A DNA stretch of 63,607 nucleotides, filler included, from Stramenopiles sp. TOSAG23-3 (lineage: Eukaryota): NCBI GenBank assembly GCA_900128585.1. It is 7 parts of 7 records of this genome, joined end to end, with 100 filler letters (N's around TTAATTAATTAA, not from the genome) between each part and the next. Parts side by side here need not be neighbours in the genome. Positions count along the whole stretch, not along the records: positions 1 to 14,421 come from LT642568.1; 6 more parts are not named here. One strand, given 5' to 3'. A program made the position numbers and the translations under genes. Under the pieces are notes generated by a model. The model was given only the letters and a program-made list of their open reading frames with translations, ran no database searches and was not told where the DNA came from. Of this stretch, positions 1 to 10,293 are shown in pieces. Each line of letters begins with the position of its first letter. The stretch's first letter is position 1.

Positions 1-3
1 CGC

Positions 4-2943
4 ATGAAAGAGTTGGAAGATTCTATTTTGCACAAAATTGCAACTGCGGAAGGAGATATTACCGAGGACAGAGCTTTGATCGAAAGTCTTGAAAACACCA
101 AGGTTATCGCTAATGATATTGCCAGGAAACAACTCATTGCCGCTGCAACGGCCAAGTCGATTGACATTACCAGCGAGAAATACCGTACTGTTGCCGAACG
201 GGGATCGTTGCTCTTTTTTTTGCTCAACAGTTTGTTCAAAATGCACACTTACTACATATACAATCTGGAAGCATTCATCTTGGTACTGGGTAGGAGTGTG
301 ACTGCATGCGGAGAACCGGAGGAAATTTTAAGACCCAAGCTCGAGGCATTGTCACCCGTCGGCGATGAAGCTGAAACTGAGAAGGAAGAGGGGGGCGAAG
401 ATGCCAAAGAAGTCGAAGATGCAAAAGAAGGCGAAGAAGTCGAGGAAGAGCCTAAAGTCGACCAAAAAGCCATCGATAGAGCCCTGCGCAGTCGATGTAA
501 GCAACTGATTGCTGAGATCCAAATGCAAGTGTTTAACTACATGCGGCGAGGCCTTTTTGAATCCGACAAATTAGTTATCTCCACCCTTTTGACACTGAAG
601 GTAATGATTGCTGAAAATAATTTAAATCCGCGCAGAGCAGCTGCACTCGTCAGGCAGGTTGAAAACGAAGACATGGAGATTCCAGAGAGTCTTTTAGAGA
701 TAATTGATACAAAGACTTGGAAGAAGGTCGCTGGTTTAGAAATGAATTTTGCGCAAACTTTCACTGGGTTCGGGGAAATCATGGGGGATATGCAAGATGA
801 GTATGCCAAATGGTTGAATCTTGAACAGCCAGAAAATAAGGCTGTGCCTGGGTACAAAGATATCGATGCATTCAACAAGTTGCTAATACTCAAAGCGCTA
901 CGGCCTGACCGCCTTGTCTCCGCCTTGAGAACTTTCGTTGGCGAACAACTGGGTGAAAACTATGTTACACAAATGCCATTCGATATGATGCAGGCATTTT
1001 CTGAATCTGACTCGCGTTCTCCCATATTCTTTGCATTATTTCCTGGCGTTGACCCCACAACATGGGTCGAAGACATTGGCTTCAAGCTGGGATATACGCT
1101 AGCTGACGGCAATTTCGTGAACATCTCTATGGGTGAAGGCCAAGAACCTATCGCCAAAGCAGCTATAGACAAGCTGACAGCGTCTGGTGGGTGGCTGTTT
1201 TTGCAAAATTTACATTTGATGGAACATTGGACTCCTACGCTGGAGAGATTGTTGGACGAAGTCTTTGCCGGCGAGTCGTTGCACAAAGATTTTCGAGTGT
1301 TTCTGTCTGCTGAACCGCCAGTGTTCGCATTCTTGAAAAACATGCCTGAGTTTTTAATGATGCGAGCTATCAAAGTATGTAATGAAGCGCCATCGGATGT
1401 GAAATCTAACCTTCGTGCCACATGGGCAGAATTCAACCCGGAGCGAATAGAAAGCTGCAAACAAGTTAAAGAGTTTCGTGGGTGCCTGGCTACCCTTTGC
1501 TTTTACCACGGCATCATTTTAGGAAGAAGGAGGTTCGGGCAACAAGGATGGAGTCGTGCATATAGTTTCAATTTGGGTGATCTTAATTGTTGCGCGAATG
1601 TGCTGGAGGCATACTTGAACGAACAAGACATTGTACCCTGGGAAGATTTCCGGTATATTTTCGGTCAAATTATGTATGGAGGCCATATCACAGATTCCTG
1701 GGACAGACGTACTAATGAGACGTATCTTGACTTTTATTACGAGGAAACAATTTTTAAACACAAAGAGATTGCACCAGGGTACAAAGCGCCAGACGCCGGG
1801 AAATTGAAGTACGCTGAAATGCTCGAATATGTTGAAAAGAAATTGCCGCAAGAGACTCCTCTGATGTTTCAGATGCATCCCAATGTAGAAATTGGTTTTC
1901 TGACGGCAACACAGGCCAAGATTTGGAGCGATGTAGTCCTCCTTGGGGGGCTTGGGGGAGCAAGCGCGGGAATAAAGAAGGCCGAGGAGGATACCACCGC
2001 AGTAGATGTTCCCGCAGTGATTGAAGATTGCTTAGCACGGCTCCCAGATGACTACAACATGATCAAAATTATGGAGCGCTGCAAACCACTGTTAAAAGAA
2101 ACTGAAGGGCCATATTCACTGTTGCTGGTTCAAGAGTTAACTCGGATGAACACATTATTATCCTACATGCGCAAATCCCTATCGGATTTGCAAAAAGGTC
2201 TCAATGGTGAGTTAAATATGTCTGAAGCAATGGACGATTTGCGCCAAGCACTGTCTATCGATCAGGTCCCTGGCCGAAATCCATTCCACAAAACATCTTG
2301 GGAATCCCGGGCGTGGTGGTCCAAGAAACCTTTGCCGGCTTGGTTCATGGAAATGGAACAGCGTAATATTCAGCTAAAGAATTGGGTTGGCACGCTGGCA
2401 TTGCCCACTTGCATGTGGTTTTCTGGTCTCTTCAACCCGATGGCATTCTTGACGGCTGTCATGCAGGTCACTGGTCGACGACAAGGCTATCCCTTAGATC
2501 AAATGACATGCGAATCCCATGTTGCGATGATTACCGACAAGGACAAGGCCGACTATTATCCAGCCGACGGGGCATTCGTACATGGAATTTTCTTGGAAGG
2601 TGCTCGCTGGGGTGCGTATTACGACGAAGATGAAGCAGACGGTGATCAAGACACGTATGAGGTATCGGGCGTGCCGTGTGGAGGGCATTTATGCGACAGT
2701 AAACTCAAAGATCTTCTTCCAATGCTGCCAATTTTGTATTTTAAAGCTGTAATTGTTCGCGATACCTGGGAGCCAACAAATGTTGGTTACATGCGCCACA
2801 ATCCAAATGTTTACGACTGTCCGCTTTATATGACAACGTTTCGAGGTCCAACTTACACGTCACTTTGTACTTTAAAGTCCATCGATCCTACCTGGAAATG
2901 GACTCTAGCTGGAGTTGCAATGATCCTGCAAGAAGACGCGTAG
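4..2943 (+). CDS. Axonemal dynein heavy chain, outer-arm alpha/beta class (DNAH9/11/17-like); 5'-partial, covering the end of AAA5, AAA6 and the C-terminal domain
   Basis: Dynein motifs LEDSIL...GDITEDRALIESLE, AERGSLLFF, LRPDRL, FFALFPGVDP...NISMGEGQE, GGWLFLQNLHL, RRRFGQQGWSRAYSFNLGDL, IMYGGHITDSWDRR, GLFNPMAFLTAVMQ, YDCPLY...RGPTY, WTLAGVA; the frame is open from the window start. Confidence 0.95.
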   Translation: MKELEDSILHKIATAEGDITEDRALIESLENTKVIANDIARKQLIAAATAKSIDITSEKYRTVAERGSLLFFLLNSLFKMHTYYIYNLEAFILVLGRSVTACGEPEEILRPKLEALSPVGDEAETEKEEGGEDAKEVEDAKEGEEVEEEPKVDQKAIDRALRSRCKQLIAEIQMQVFNYMRRGLFESDKLVISTLLTLKVMIAENNLNPRRAAALVRQVENEDMEIPESLLEIIDTKTWKKVAGLEMNFAQTFTGFGEIMGDMQDEYAKWLNLEQPENKAVPGYKDIDAFNKLLILKALRPDRLVSALRTFVGEQLGENYVTQMPFDMMQAFSESDSRSPIFFALFPGVDPTTWVEDIGFKLGYTLADGNFVNISMGEGQEPIAKAAIDKLTASGGWLFLQNLHLMEHWTPTLERLLDEVFAGESLHKDFRVFLSAEPPVFAFLKNMPEFLMMRAIKVCNEAPSDVKSNLRATWAEFNPERIESCKQVKEFRGCLATLCFYHGIILGRRRFGQQGWSRAYSFNLGDLNCCANVLEAYLNEQDIVPWEDFRYIFGQIMYGGHITDSWDRRTNETYLDFYYEETIFKHKEIAPGYKAPDAGKLKYAEMLEYVEKKLPQETPLMFQMHPNVEIGFLTATQAKIWSDVVLLGGLGGASAGIKKAEEDTTAVDVPAVIEDCLARLPDDYNMIKIMERCKPLLKETEGPYSLLLVQELTRMNTLLSYMRKSLSDLQKGLNGELNMSEAMDDLRQALSIDQVPGRNPFHKTSWESRAWWSKKPLPAWFMEMEQRNIQLKNWVGTLALPTCMWFSGLFNPMAFLTAVMQVTGRRQGYPLDQMTCESHVAMITDKDKADYYPADGAFVHGIFLEGARWGAYYDEDEADGDQDTYEVSGVPCGGHLCDSKLKDLLPMLPILYFKAVIVRDTWEPTNVGYMRHNPNVYDCPLYMTTFRGPTYTSLCTLKSIDPTWKWTLAGVAMILQEDA

Positions 2944-3491
2944 CGTAATAAAGGAGAGTTGGAAGCTGACGCTGGCTACAAAACAAATAATCAATCGACC
3001 GAAACATATTAAATATTTTTTTATTAAAGTAGTAGTATTTGTTTGCTATTTTATTTACACATCATAATAATAAAGAAGGGGGGATATTTATTATATTATA
3101 CCTTGGTAGATATAAAAATAACCAATATGAATATGAATAACCAAGTTACACACAAACAATAATATTTCTATTACTAAAAATAAAATACACAAGCAGCAGC
3201 AGCAGCAAGAAAAAAAAACAAAGTAGAAAAATACTTCCTCCTCTCCTCCCTCCTCCCGTCGCCCGACGACGATGATGGATATGATAATTTTGGCTGCCGA
3301 CACAAACAGGAAGAAAAAGAATCAGCGCTGGAAAAAAAAATTCTTCTACTAACTTGCTACAGTATTCCAATCGTTTTTGCGATTTAGTGGAACCCACACC
3401 CGAAGTGTAAAAGCACGAACGCCAGGAGCACAAAACCAATATTTGGATGGATTGAGCTGCAATCATTGTCATTGCATTCACAATAAAAGGT

Positions 3492-6314
3492 ATGCTGCTG
3501 TCAAAGCTCGCTATCCTCCGAAGACTAGGGAGCCGTCGCCGTTTTCACCGCAGACGGCTGTATCACTATAAACGTAAATACAGAACCAATGTTCGGGTTG
3601 AGAGGCAGAATAAAGACACCATTATCGCGGCTATGATAATCGGTGGGATTGGTTTAGGACCTTTGATGACATACTGTTTTGACGACGCTGGTGAAGAAAC
3701 TATTCTCACCGAAGATCACACCTGGAGCGGAAAGAGTTATGTTGATAATGCTGCTGACGATTTTATAGCGTGCTTACCGTCGTTGGATAAGCGGTTCGAT
3801 ATTTTTGAAGATATTGGTTGTGGTGGGTATGGGGTTGTTAAACGTGCGTATGATAAACAGTTAAAGAAAATTGTTTCAATCAAGATCATGCCAAAGAAAG
3901 ATAGCAGCCGACGAGACGTATTGTCAGAAGTAAAAGTCCAACGGGTGGCTGGGTCCCACAAGAATATTAACGCTTTGCTGGACGTTGTTGAAACCGATTC
4001 GTCATGGATAATTGTTTTGGAGTACTTGGGCGGTGGAGAGCTGTTCGATCGTTTGATTGATCGTGGGGCATATTCGGAACGAGAAGCTAGTGAAACTATC
4101 CGTAAAGTTGGCACTGCAATCCGGTTTTTGCATGCCAATGGCATCGTCCACGGGGACATTAAACCTGAGAATATAATGCTGTCTGACCGGTCTGAAAATG
4201 CTCATTTGGAGATTATTGATTTTGGAATGGCATTCGCCTCGACTATGTTTGAAGATGAGGATTTTGCCTTAGACAAGGCGGGTGAAGTCAAACCAGAGAC
4301 GCACGATGTGCAATACAGTGGCAAACTGTCCAAGGGAAACGAAAGTAGAAAAAAGACCCAGCGAACAAAATCACGCCTGGTCATACAGCAACGCCTGACC
4401 GAATTGCATTTGGGTACAACGGCGTATGCCCCAAATGAGGTGTTGGCCAGGGATAAGGACCGGCTAGGAAGTCCAATAGACATGTGGGCGTTGGGTATAC
4501 TAACGTATATCCTGTTATCAGGTGTGCACCCATTTGATCCAGAAAATGAAGCCACAGACACAGAAATTGAACGACGCATAAAGGCCAACGAATACAATTT
4601 CGACGATCCTATCTGGGAAAGTGTTTCCCCCTCTGCCATTGAATTAATTCGACTTTTGCTGTCGCACAATACTACTGAGCGGCCAACCATAGACGAAGCG
4701 TTATCCCATCCATGGCTGGCAGATGATCCCGGGAGGTTAAATAATGAGCCCCTGCCCGAACTTGTTGCTGACAATTTAAGGAAGTACCAAAGAGGTCGCC
4801 GGCGACTCCGAGCGTCTATCCTGGCTGTACTATTAGGTTTACAAAATGACACGGACCGGCTTTTAACATACATGAATCCCAAGAACTTCATCCCGACTAT
4901 TAAAGACGTAGGAAGCGAAATCCGCCAGAGTGTAGCAACTCTTATGGGAGAAGATGACAACGCTGTGCCAAAAGGGGCCCAATCCTCGTCCGCGATGGAC
5001 ATTGGCTCAGTGTTGAAGAACCCTGTTTCCGAAGCAGTTCGTCAGCCTAGTACCGATGTAAATGCAGTTGAGAGTTCGGGGCGTATACATTTGGACCAAA
5101 GCAAGGAAAATCTAGACGCTATCAAACCTCGAAAAAAAAGTGGGAAAGCGCAATTGGGAACCAAGCGGGAGAGGAACAATGAAAACGGCATGGACTGCGG
5201 AGGTTATTCGGGAAAAAATACGTCCAAACTGCTGCCTGAAACTGTTGGGAGCGGAAACCCTAGTACCAGTCACGTATTTTCTAGGCTGGGGGCATTTGAC
5301 AGGGAACAGAAAGGTTTCATTTCAGCGGAAGATTTGAAACGGGTTTCAAAAGATTTGGGTGAGGAACTATCCGAAGAAGAGGTGGGAGAAATGATTCACG
5401 CTTCGGATCAAGACTCGACTGACGGTTCGAGCGCCGGCCATGTCAGGCACTCAGATGTCCGGCGGATAATTGCAGGGCTGCGCGTCCAGCGTTTTGGGGA
5501 TGGAGACTTGATATCGAAAGAAGGGGACATAGAACGCATATTTTACTTGCTGCTCCAAGGTCAAGTAGAGCGTTCTTTTTTGTCGGCGAACGGCAAGCGT
5601 ATTGTCGTGGACCACGTTTATGAAGGGGAACATTTCGGCGAAAGTGAACTTTTGAGAACAGATGGAGAAATCGAAGCTCGCAGCGTTACCTGCAGATGTG
5701 TTTCGGGTTCATGCGAAGTTTTGACATTCCCGCAGAATGATATAGCAATGCTTACCGATGTCTTTGAGGGGGTTGAGAAAAGGCTGCAACGACGGACAAT
5801 GAGACGCACGAAGGACGTCCTGGTTCGTTACATTACCAGAGCTATGCCTGGGGTTAGAGAGGAAGAGTATCCAGCTGGCTCGGTCGTGGTAAACCAAGGC
5901 GAAGTGTCAGACCATTTATTTGTAATTGTTAGCGGGGAAGTGGAAGTGGAAGCGCGAGGCAAAGTTGGGAAAGGTGTACGGGAAACAAACGATGCGGTCA
6001 CTGTCGAGTGGCTCGGTCCTGGCGATTTTTTCCCTCTGGGTGTAGCAGGAATTCTGCAGTCCTTTTCTAGGGGAAATAAGAAGCGTGGGGCAACTGTTCG
6101 TTGCGTTACTCCTGTACGATTGGTGCGTGTTGAGGGCCAGCCATTTCGTGAATTTTTGAAAAAATCACAGGTAGTGTATGAATCTGTGGAAAAAGACGTC
6201 CTTAACCGATTGAAAAAGCGTAACATGAAAGCACAGATTAAAGATGACGAAGACGATGAAGGCCGGGACGAGGACGACGAAGAAGAAGAAGAAGAGGAGG
6301 AGGAGATAGAATGA
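3492..6314 (+). CDS. CAMK/CDPK-like Ser/Thr kinase fused to an EF-hand pair and two cyclic-nucleotide-binding domains
   Basis: GCGGYGVV glycine loop, VSIK, HGDIKPEN, DFG, DMWALG, HPWL; EF loop DREQKGFISAED; CNB motifs ISKEGD...FYLLLQG...HFGESELL...R and VVNQGEVSDHLFVIVSGEVEV...RGATV. Confidence 0.9.
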   Translation: MLLSKLAILRRLGSRRRFHRRRLYHYKRKYRTNVRVERQNKDTIIAAMIIGGIGLGPLMTYCFDDAGEETILTEDHTWSGKSYVDNAADDFIACLPSLDKRFDIFEDIGCGGYGVVKRAYDKQLKKIVSIKIMPKKDSSRRDVLSEVKVQRVAGSHKNINALLDVVETDSSWIIVLEYLGGGELFDRLIDRGAYSEREASETIRKVGTAIRFLHANGIVHGDIKPENIMLSDRSENAHLEIIDFGMAFASTMFEDEDFALDKAGEVKPETHDVQYSGKLSKGNESRKKTQRTKSRLVIQQRLTELHLGTTAYAPNEVLARDKDRLGSPIDMWALGILTYILLSGVHPFDPENEATDTEIERRIKANEYNFDDPIWESVSPSAIELIRLLLSHNTTERPTIDEALSHPWLADDPGRLNNEPLPELVADNLRKYQRGRRRLRASILAVLLGLQNDTDRLLTYMNPKNFIPTIKDVGSEIRQSVATLMGEDDNAVPKGAQSSSAMDIGSVLKNPVSEAVRQPSTDVNAVESSGRIHLDQSKENLDAIKPRKKSGKAQLGTKRERNNENGMDCGGYSGKNTSKLLPETVGSGNPSTSHVFSRLGAFDREQKGFISAEDLKRVSKDLGEELSEEEVGEMIHASDQDSTDGSSAGHVRHSDVRRIIAGLRVQRFGDGDLISKEGDIERIFYLLLQGQVERSFLSANGKRIVVDHVYEGEHFGESELLRTDGEIEARSVTCRCVSGSCEVLTFPQNDIAMLTDVFEGVEKRLQRRTMRRTKDVLVRYITRAMPGVREEEYPAGSVVVNQGEVSDHLFVIVSGEVEVEARGKVGKGVRETNDAVTVEWLGPGDFFPLGVAGILQSFSRGNKKRGATVRCVTPVRLVRVEGQPFREFLKKSQVVYESVEKDVLNRLKKRNMKAQIKDDEDDEGRDEDDEEEEEEEEEIE

Positions 6315-7181
6315 AAAGTCTTTATTTATGTATATTACTTTAAATATCCAAAATTAATCATCGAAAACAATCTACTTTGAGGAATGCATGTCATTTTCCC
6401 CTATGCTATCCCATTACTTTATTTGTTTTTAGATTCCGATCTCGCCCATCACTCTGCACTCCAAATCGGAAAGGCAAGAAGTCAACCGTTGCATTTAGTA
6501 ATTATATACTTGTAATTTGTATTGTAATCAACACGAGATCTATCTATCGTATTTTACGTAAGGAACAGATTATATACAATTCTACAATACCAAAGTCTCC
6601 TTTCCAATTCTTTATTTTTTTCTCATCTTTAAAATCCTGGCTTATTACTTTATCTATACAAAATTATATAATGACACCATTGAAAAAAATATATATATTA
6701 TTCTACATAATCACAGCATCTAATTTAATACAAGGCCACTCTTCACCATTCATTTTTCTTCAGTTCATAAATTACTAATGAATGCTATGTCCCTATTGTA
6801 TTGTTATTAACAAGGTTTAGCATTAAACTATAATATATGGAAATAGCATTGTATACGTGTTTATATCTCCACGGAAGGAGCACAGCACCATGAACACAGA
6901 TGACCAATCCTCTCTATTATTGTGTATTTTTATTACAAGCAAATACCATCATCGGTGGGTGGCACGCAATATAACAAAAAAATAAAAAAAAATGAAAGAA
7001 AAAATATCATTCCATTGAACGTTTGATTGCGTACGCACGAAGCGTTCAGTTCGTATAACGGAAGGTGTGTGCCGAAATCACCATGTTAAGAGATCCGGTA
7101 GCGTTCAGAGTTCATTTAATACAAATTATACATACCTATTTCTGTGTAAACTATTTTTAAATTAGTCAACTAAAAGATACA

Positions 7182-7601
7182 ATGTCTGCAAAAGCTGCCG
7201 CAGCCGCCAAGGCCCAAAGAAGTGGATCCTTCAAGAAGGGTGCCAGAATCAGGACGAAGGTTAAGTTCTACAAGCCGAAGACCTTGAAATTGGCACGCGC
7301 CCCAAAGTACACAAAGAAGTCGCAAGCCAAGGCCAACATCATGGATAAATATCGTGTTATTAGGTACCCATTGACCACTGAGTCGGCAATGAAGAAAATC
7401 GAAGACAACAACACCCTTGTCTTCATTGTTGATACCAAAGCCAACAAAAGACAAATCAAAGCTGCCGTAAAAAGTATGTACGATATTCAGTGCCAAAAAG
7501 TTAACACTTTGATTCGCCCAGACGGCATGAAGAAGGCCTACGTTCGTTTGACTTTGGACTACGATGCTTTGGACGTCGCGAACCGAATTGGCATCATCTA
7601 A
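7182..7601 (+). CDS. RPL23A: 60S ribosomal protein uL23 (L23a/L25)
   Basis: [53 protein letters not shown]. Confidence 0.98.
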   Translation: MSAKAAAAAKAQRSGSFKKGARIRTKVKFYKPKTLKLARAPKYTKKSQAKANIMDKYRVIRYPLTTESAMKKIEDNNTLVFIVDTKANKRQIKAAVKSMYDIQCQKVNTLIRPDGMKKAYVRLTLDYDALDVANRIGII

Positions 7602-8356
7602 ATAAGATGTAGTTTTTTCGTTAGCCCTATACTATTTACAATAAATGTTGAGAGATAGTCGGTACCCCAGTGTACGCGAGATGATGGTACAGGCATTCGA
7701 TGGGTAGAGAGTTGTGAAGCTTCCGCGTCGCCCGAAATTCGGGCTTGTTTCGTGTGGAGTGTTTGCCGGTAACAGAGAGGTAACAGTCAAGTGTTTCCCT
7801 TTGAATCCATTTACGAATGTCCGTGTGGTAAATCTTTTGTAAACCATTAGGTAAAGATTATGTTTCTGTATTTTTACAAAATGGTCTTCCAATGCCAATA
7901 TATCATATAATACACGATCAAACATTTTTTGAAACACCACCTGCTTCTTTCCATAGTACTATTGCCTTCTGTCGTCCCCTCTGTTACTCAATGTTATGAC
8001 ATTCGCACATAACAATACTGTTAGCATAATTTGTAGTGTTTCAATGCTATCTGTTTTGTAATTACACATTCATCTCATCTCTCTCATCTCATCTCCGATG
8101 ATTTAATAAATATTATTATTAATAAATAAATTTATCTCAGTCAGAAGAATTTAATAAATAAAAAAACACTGTATTTTTTATTTATGAAGGTATTGCATAT
8201 ATATGAAGCGCGACACCCCAAAAATAATGGAATAAACGAGACAATTAAGTTTTCCTGAAGATAAACGCACGATATCTATACACTTGCTTCGTCTCCTTAA
8301 CCACCCAACCCCTCGGCTAGCTGCCTTCTGAACCATCGCGAACAGGTAGCTGGTTA

Positions 8357-9526
8357 TTATTTTTTGGCGGAAACTTTTTGGTCTCCGAATACATTTTTTG
8401 GGAATATCTTCTGTTCAATGGCATAGTCCACTTGCTCTTTAATCTTCTCCAAGGACACAGAATCGTGGTTATATACAAAGCCACCATTTTCAGTTATTGC
8501 ACTACCGTCCAAATACAGATGGTTGCTGCTTAGGAGCTCCTTGTCCATATATGGATCCAGTGGAGTGGCACGAATATTTTCATTCTTACACAACTGGTTC
8601 CATGGGGCCATGTGCTTTTCGTTGGCTTCGTCGACAACGCTTGTCAGGTTCAATCGCGCAAAATTGGAAATGAGTTTTCCGTAAAACCCTGTTTGAATAC
8701 CAAATAATTCCCCCAAAATTTTGCTCATTTTACCCTGGGTCGTATCGCCGCGGTCGCATAGGTTCCACACACTATGTTTGGGTAATTGAGTGCAAGCATG
8801 CCAGATCGCGCGCACAACGTCGTCAACGTGGACGGTATTGATTTTCATTTCGGAACCCCACAAAAACGACATTTTCTCTCCTAGCAATTGGTAAGCTGCC
8901 GCTGTAACCACCCGTGGCATGACACCATGGACGTCTGCCTTTCCGTATACGTTTGCTAATCGCAGCACAACTAATGGCAGGGCATCGCCCATGCTGCGAA
9001 GCTCCTCCTCAGCTAGAAGTTTGTACTTTGCGTGCAAAGTCCAGGGCTTTAGAGACCCATCTTCTTTCACTGGGGCTCTTGTTTGGGAAGCGTACACTTG
9101 CCCGGTGGACAATTCGATATACTTTTTCAGCCGCGTTTTGTTGCCGTCTTTGCCATCTAGTGCCATTGCGCGCTTTGCGCATTCGACGCTGAGTACTTGT
9201 ACCCTCTTCTTGTACATATCCTCTTCAAGGCCGTTGCGAGTTTCAGCTGCGCAGTTTACAACGTAGTCAAAGCCATCTTCGGTATTAAACACGTTGTCCA
9301 AATGGGGGGGCTTTGTCAAATCTGATTGGATAAACTCTACCCGAGTGTCTTTAAAACATGCCTCGTGCTCTTCGCTGCAGTATGCAATGACCGGGATTGC
9401 CTTATCAGCAACACGGATATACGATACCATGTTTTGATCCAACAAAAATTTAATAAAGGTTCGGCCAACGTGACCGACGCCTCCCAGAACAAGGACGCGG
9501 GGCAGCGCACTAGTATCCGTTGCCAT
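8357..9526 (-). CDS. NAD-dependent epimerase/dehydratase (extended SDR family)
   Basis: N-terminal VLVLGGVGHVG Rossmann motif, VVNCAA, STGQVY, KYKLLAEE, LRLANVYG, VHVDDV. Confidence 0.88.
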   Translation of the reverse strand: MATDTSALPRVLVLGGVGHVGRTFIKFLLDQNMVSYIRVADKAIPVIAYCSEEHEACFKDTRVEFIQSDLTKPPHLDNVFNTEDGFDYVVNCAAETRNGLEEDMYKKRVQVLSVECAKRAMALDGKDGNKTRLKKYIELSTGQVYASQTRAPVKEDGSLKPWTLHAKYKLLAEEELRSMGDALPLVVLRLANVYGKADVHGVMPRVVTAAAYQLLGEKMSFLWGSEMKINTVHVDDVVRAIWHACTQLPKHSVWNLCDRGDTTQGKMSKILGELFGIQTGFYGKLISNFARLNLTSVVDEANEKHMAPWNQLCKNENIRATPLDPYMDKELLSSNHLYLDGSAITENGGFVYNHDSVSLEKIKEQVDYAIEQKIFPKNVFGDQKVSAKK

Positions 9527-10293
9527 CTTTCCTGTGGGTGTTCCGCTCCAAGGGGTGTGGCTTTAGCAGGTTATTAACTGGCGCGTTGGATCGCTTCAGT
9601 GTTAAAATACTTTCGTCAACATGAAAGTGCTGGGTTTAAAAATAGGTGAGTTTATCAATGATTACACAAAGTTACATATGAAGATGAATTTTTTAACATT
9701 ATTGATTCAGAAGTTCATTCCATTATTAATGATGATGATGATGAAGAAAAAAAAGAAGAGGATAATATGGATTGATGATGATGGACGCTGCTGACTCTCG
9801 ACGACGCCGAATCTTTATTATATTTATCCCATCATAAGCAGAGCATTCGACAATATTGTAATAATAGGGAATAATATCATCAACAATATGGATTAGTACA
9901 TTGCCTATGGTGAAGCAGTTTATTTTAATAAAAAAAAGGCTGGAGATTTTTTTTTATTTAGTGTAGTCCGAAACAATAAAAATAAATACACCAGCACAGC
10001 ATATCAAACTTTGAACGAGATGAATGAACAACAAGGAGGAAGAAGGTCACCATAGCAAAGAAGAGGCGAGGAGGAGGAAGAAGCAAGAGATGTGATGATG
10101 GTATCTTCCGTTGTTTGTGCCTATTGGTACCGTAGAGGAAGAGTGAAATGTTGCCCTTCTTCGTTGCAAGTATAGTTCAAATGTAACTGTCCGTAAAAGT
10201 GAAAACATTATACATCAAATAACCAATACAACAGTGTTTTGTACGGTACCTGGTACAGAGAGAATCTGGGTAAACCTTGAGGTGCCAAGAAGT

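Noticed and set aside
7632-7940. 102-aa minus-strand ORF downstream of RPL23A
   Set aside because: GTG start with an in-frame stop shortly upstream and no recognisable motif; cannot be supported as a gene, though a decayed fragment is possible
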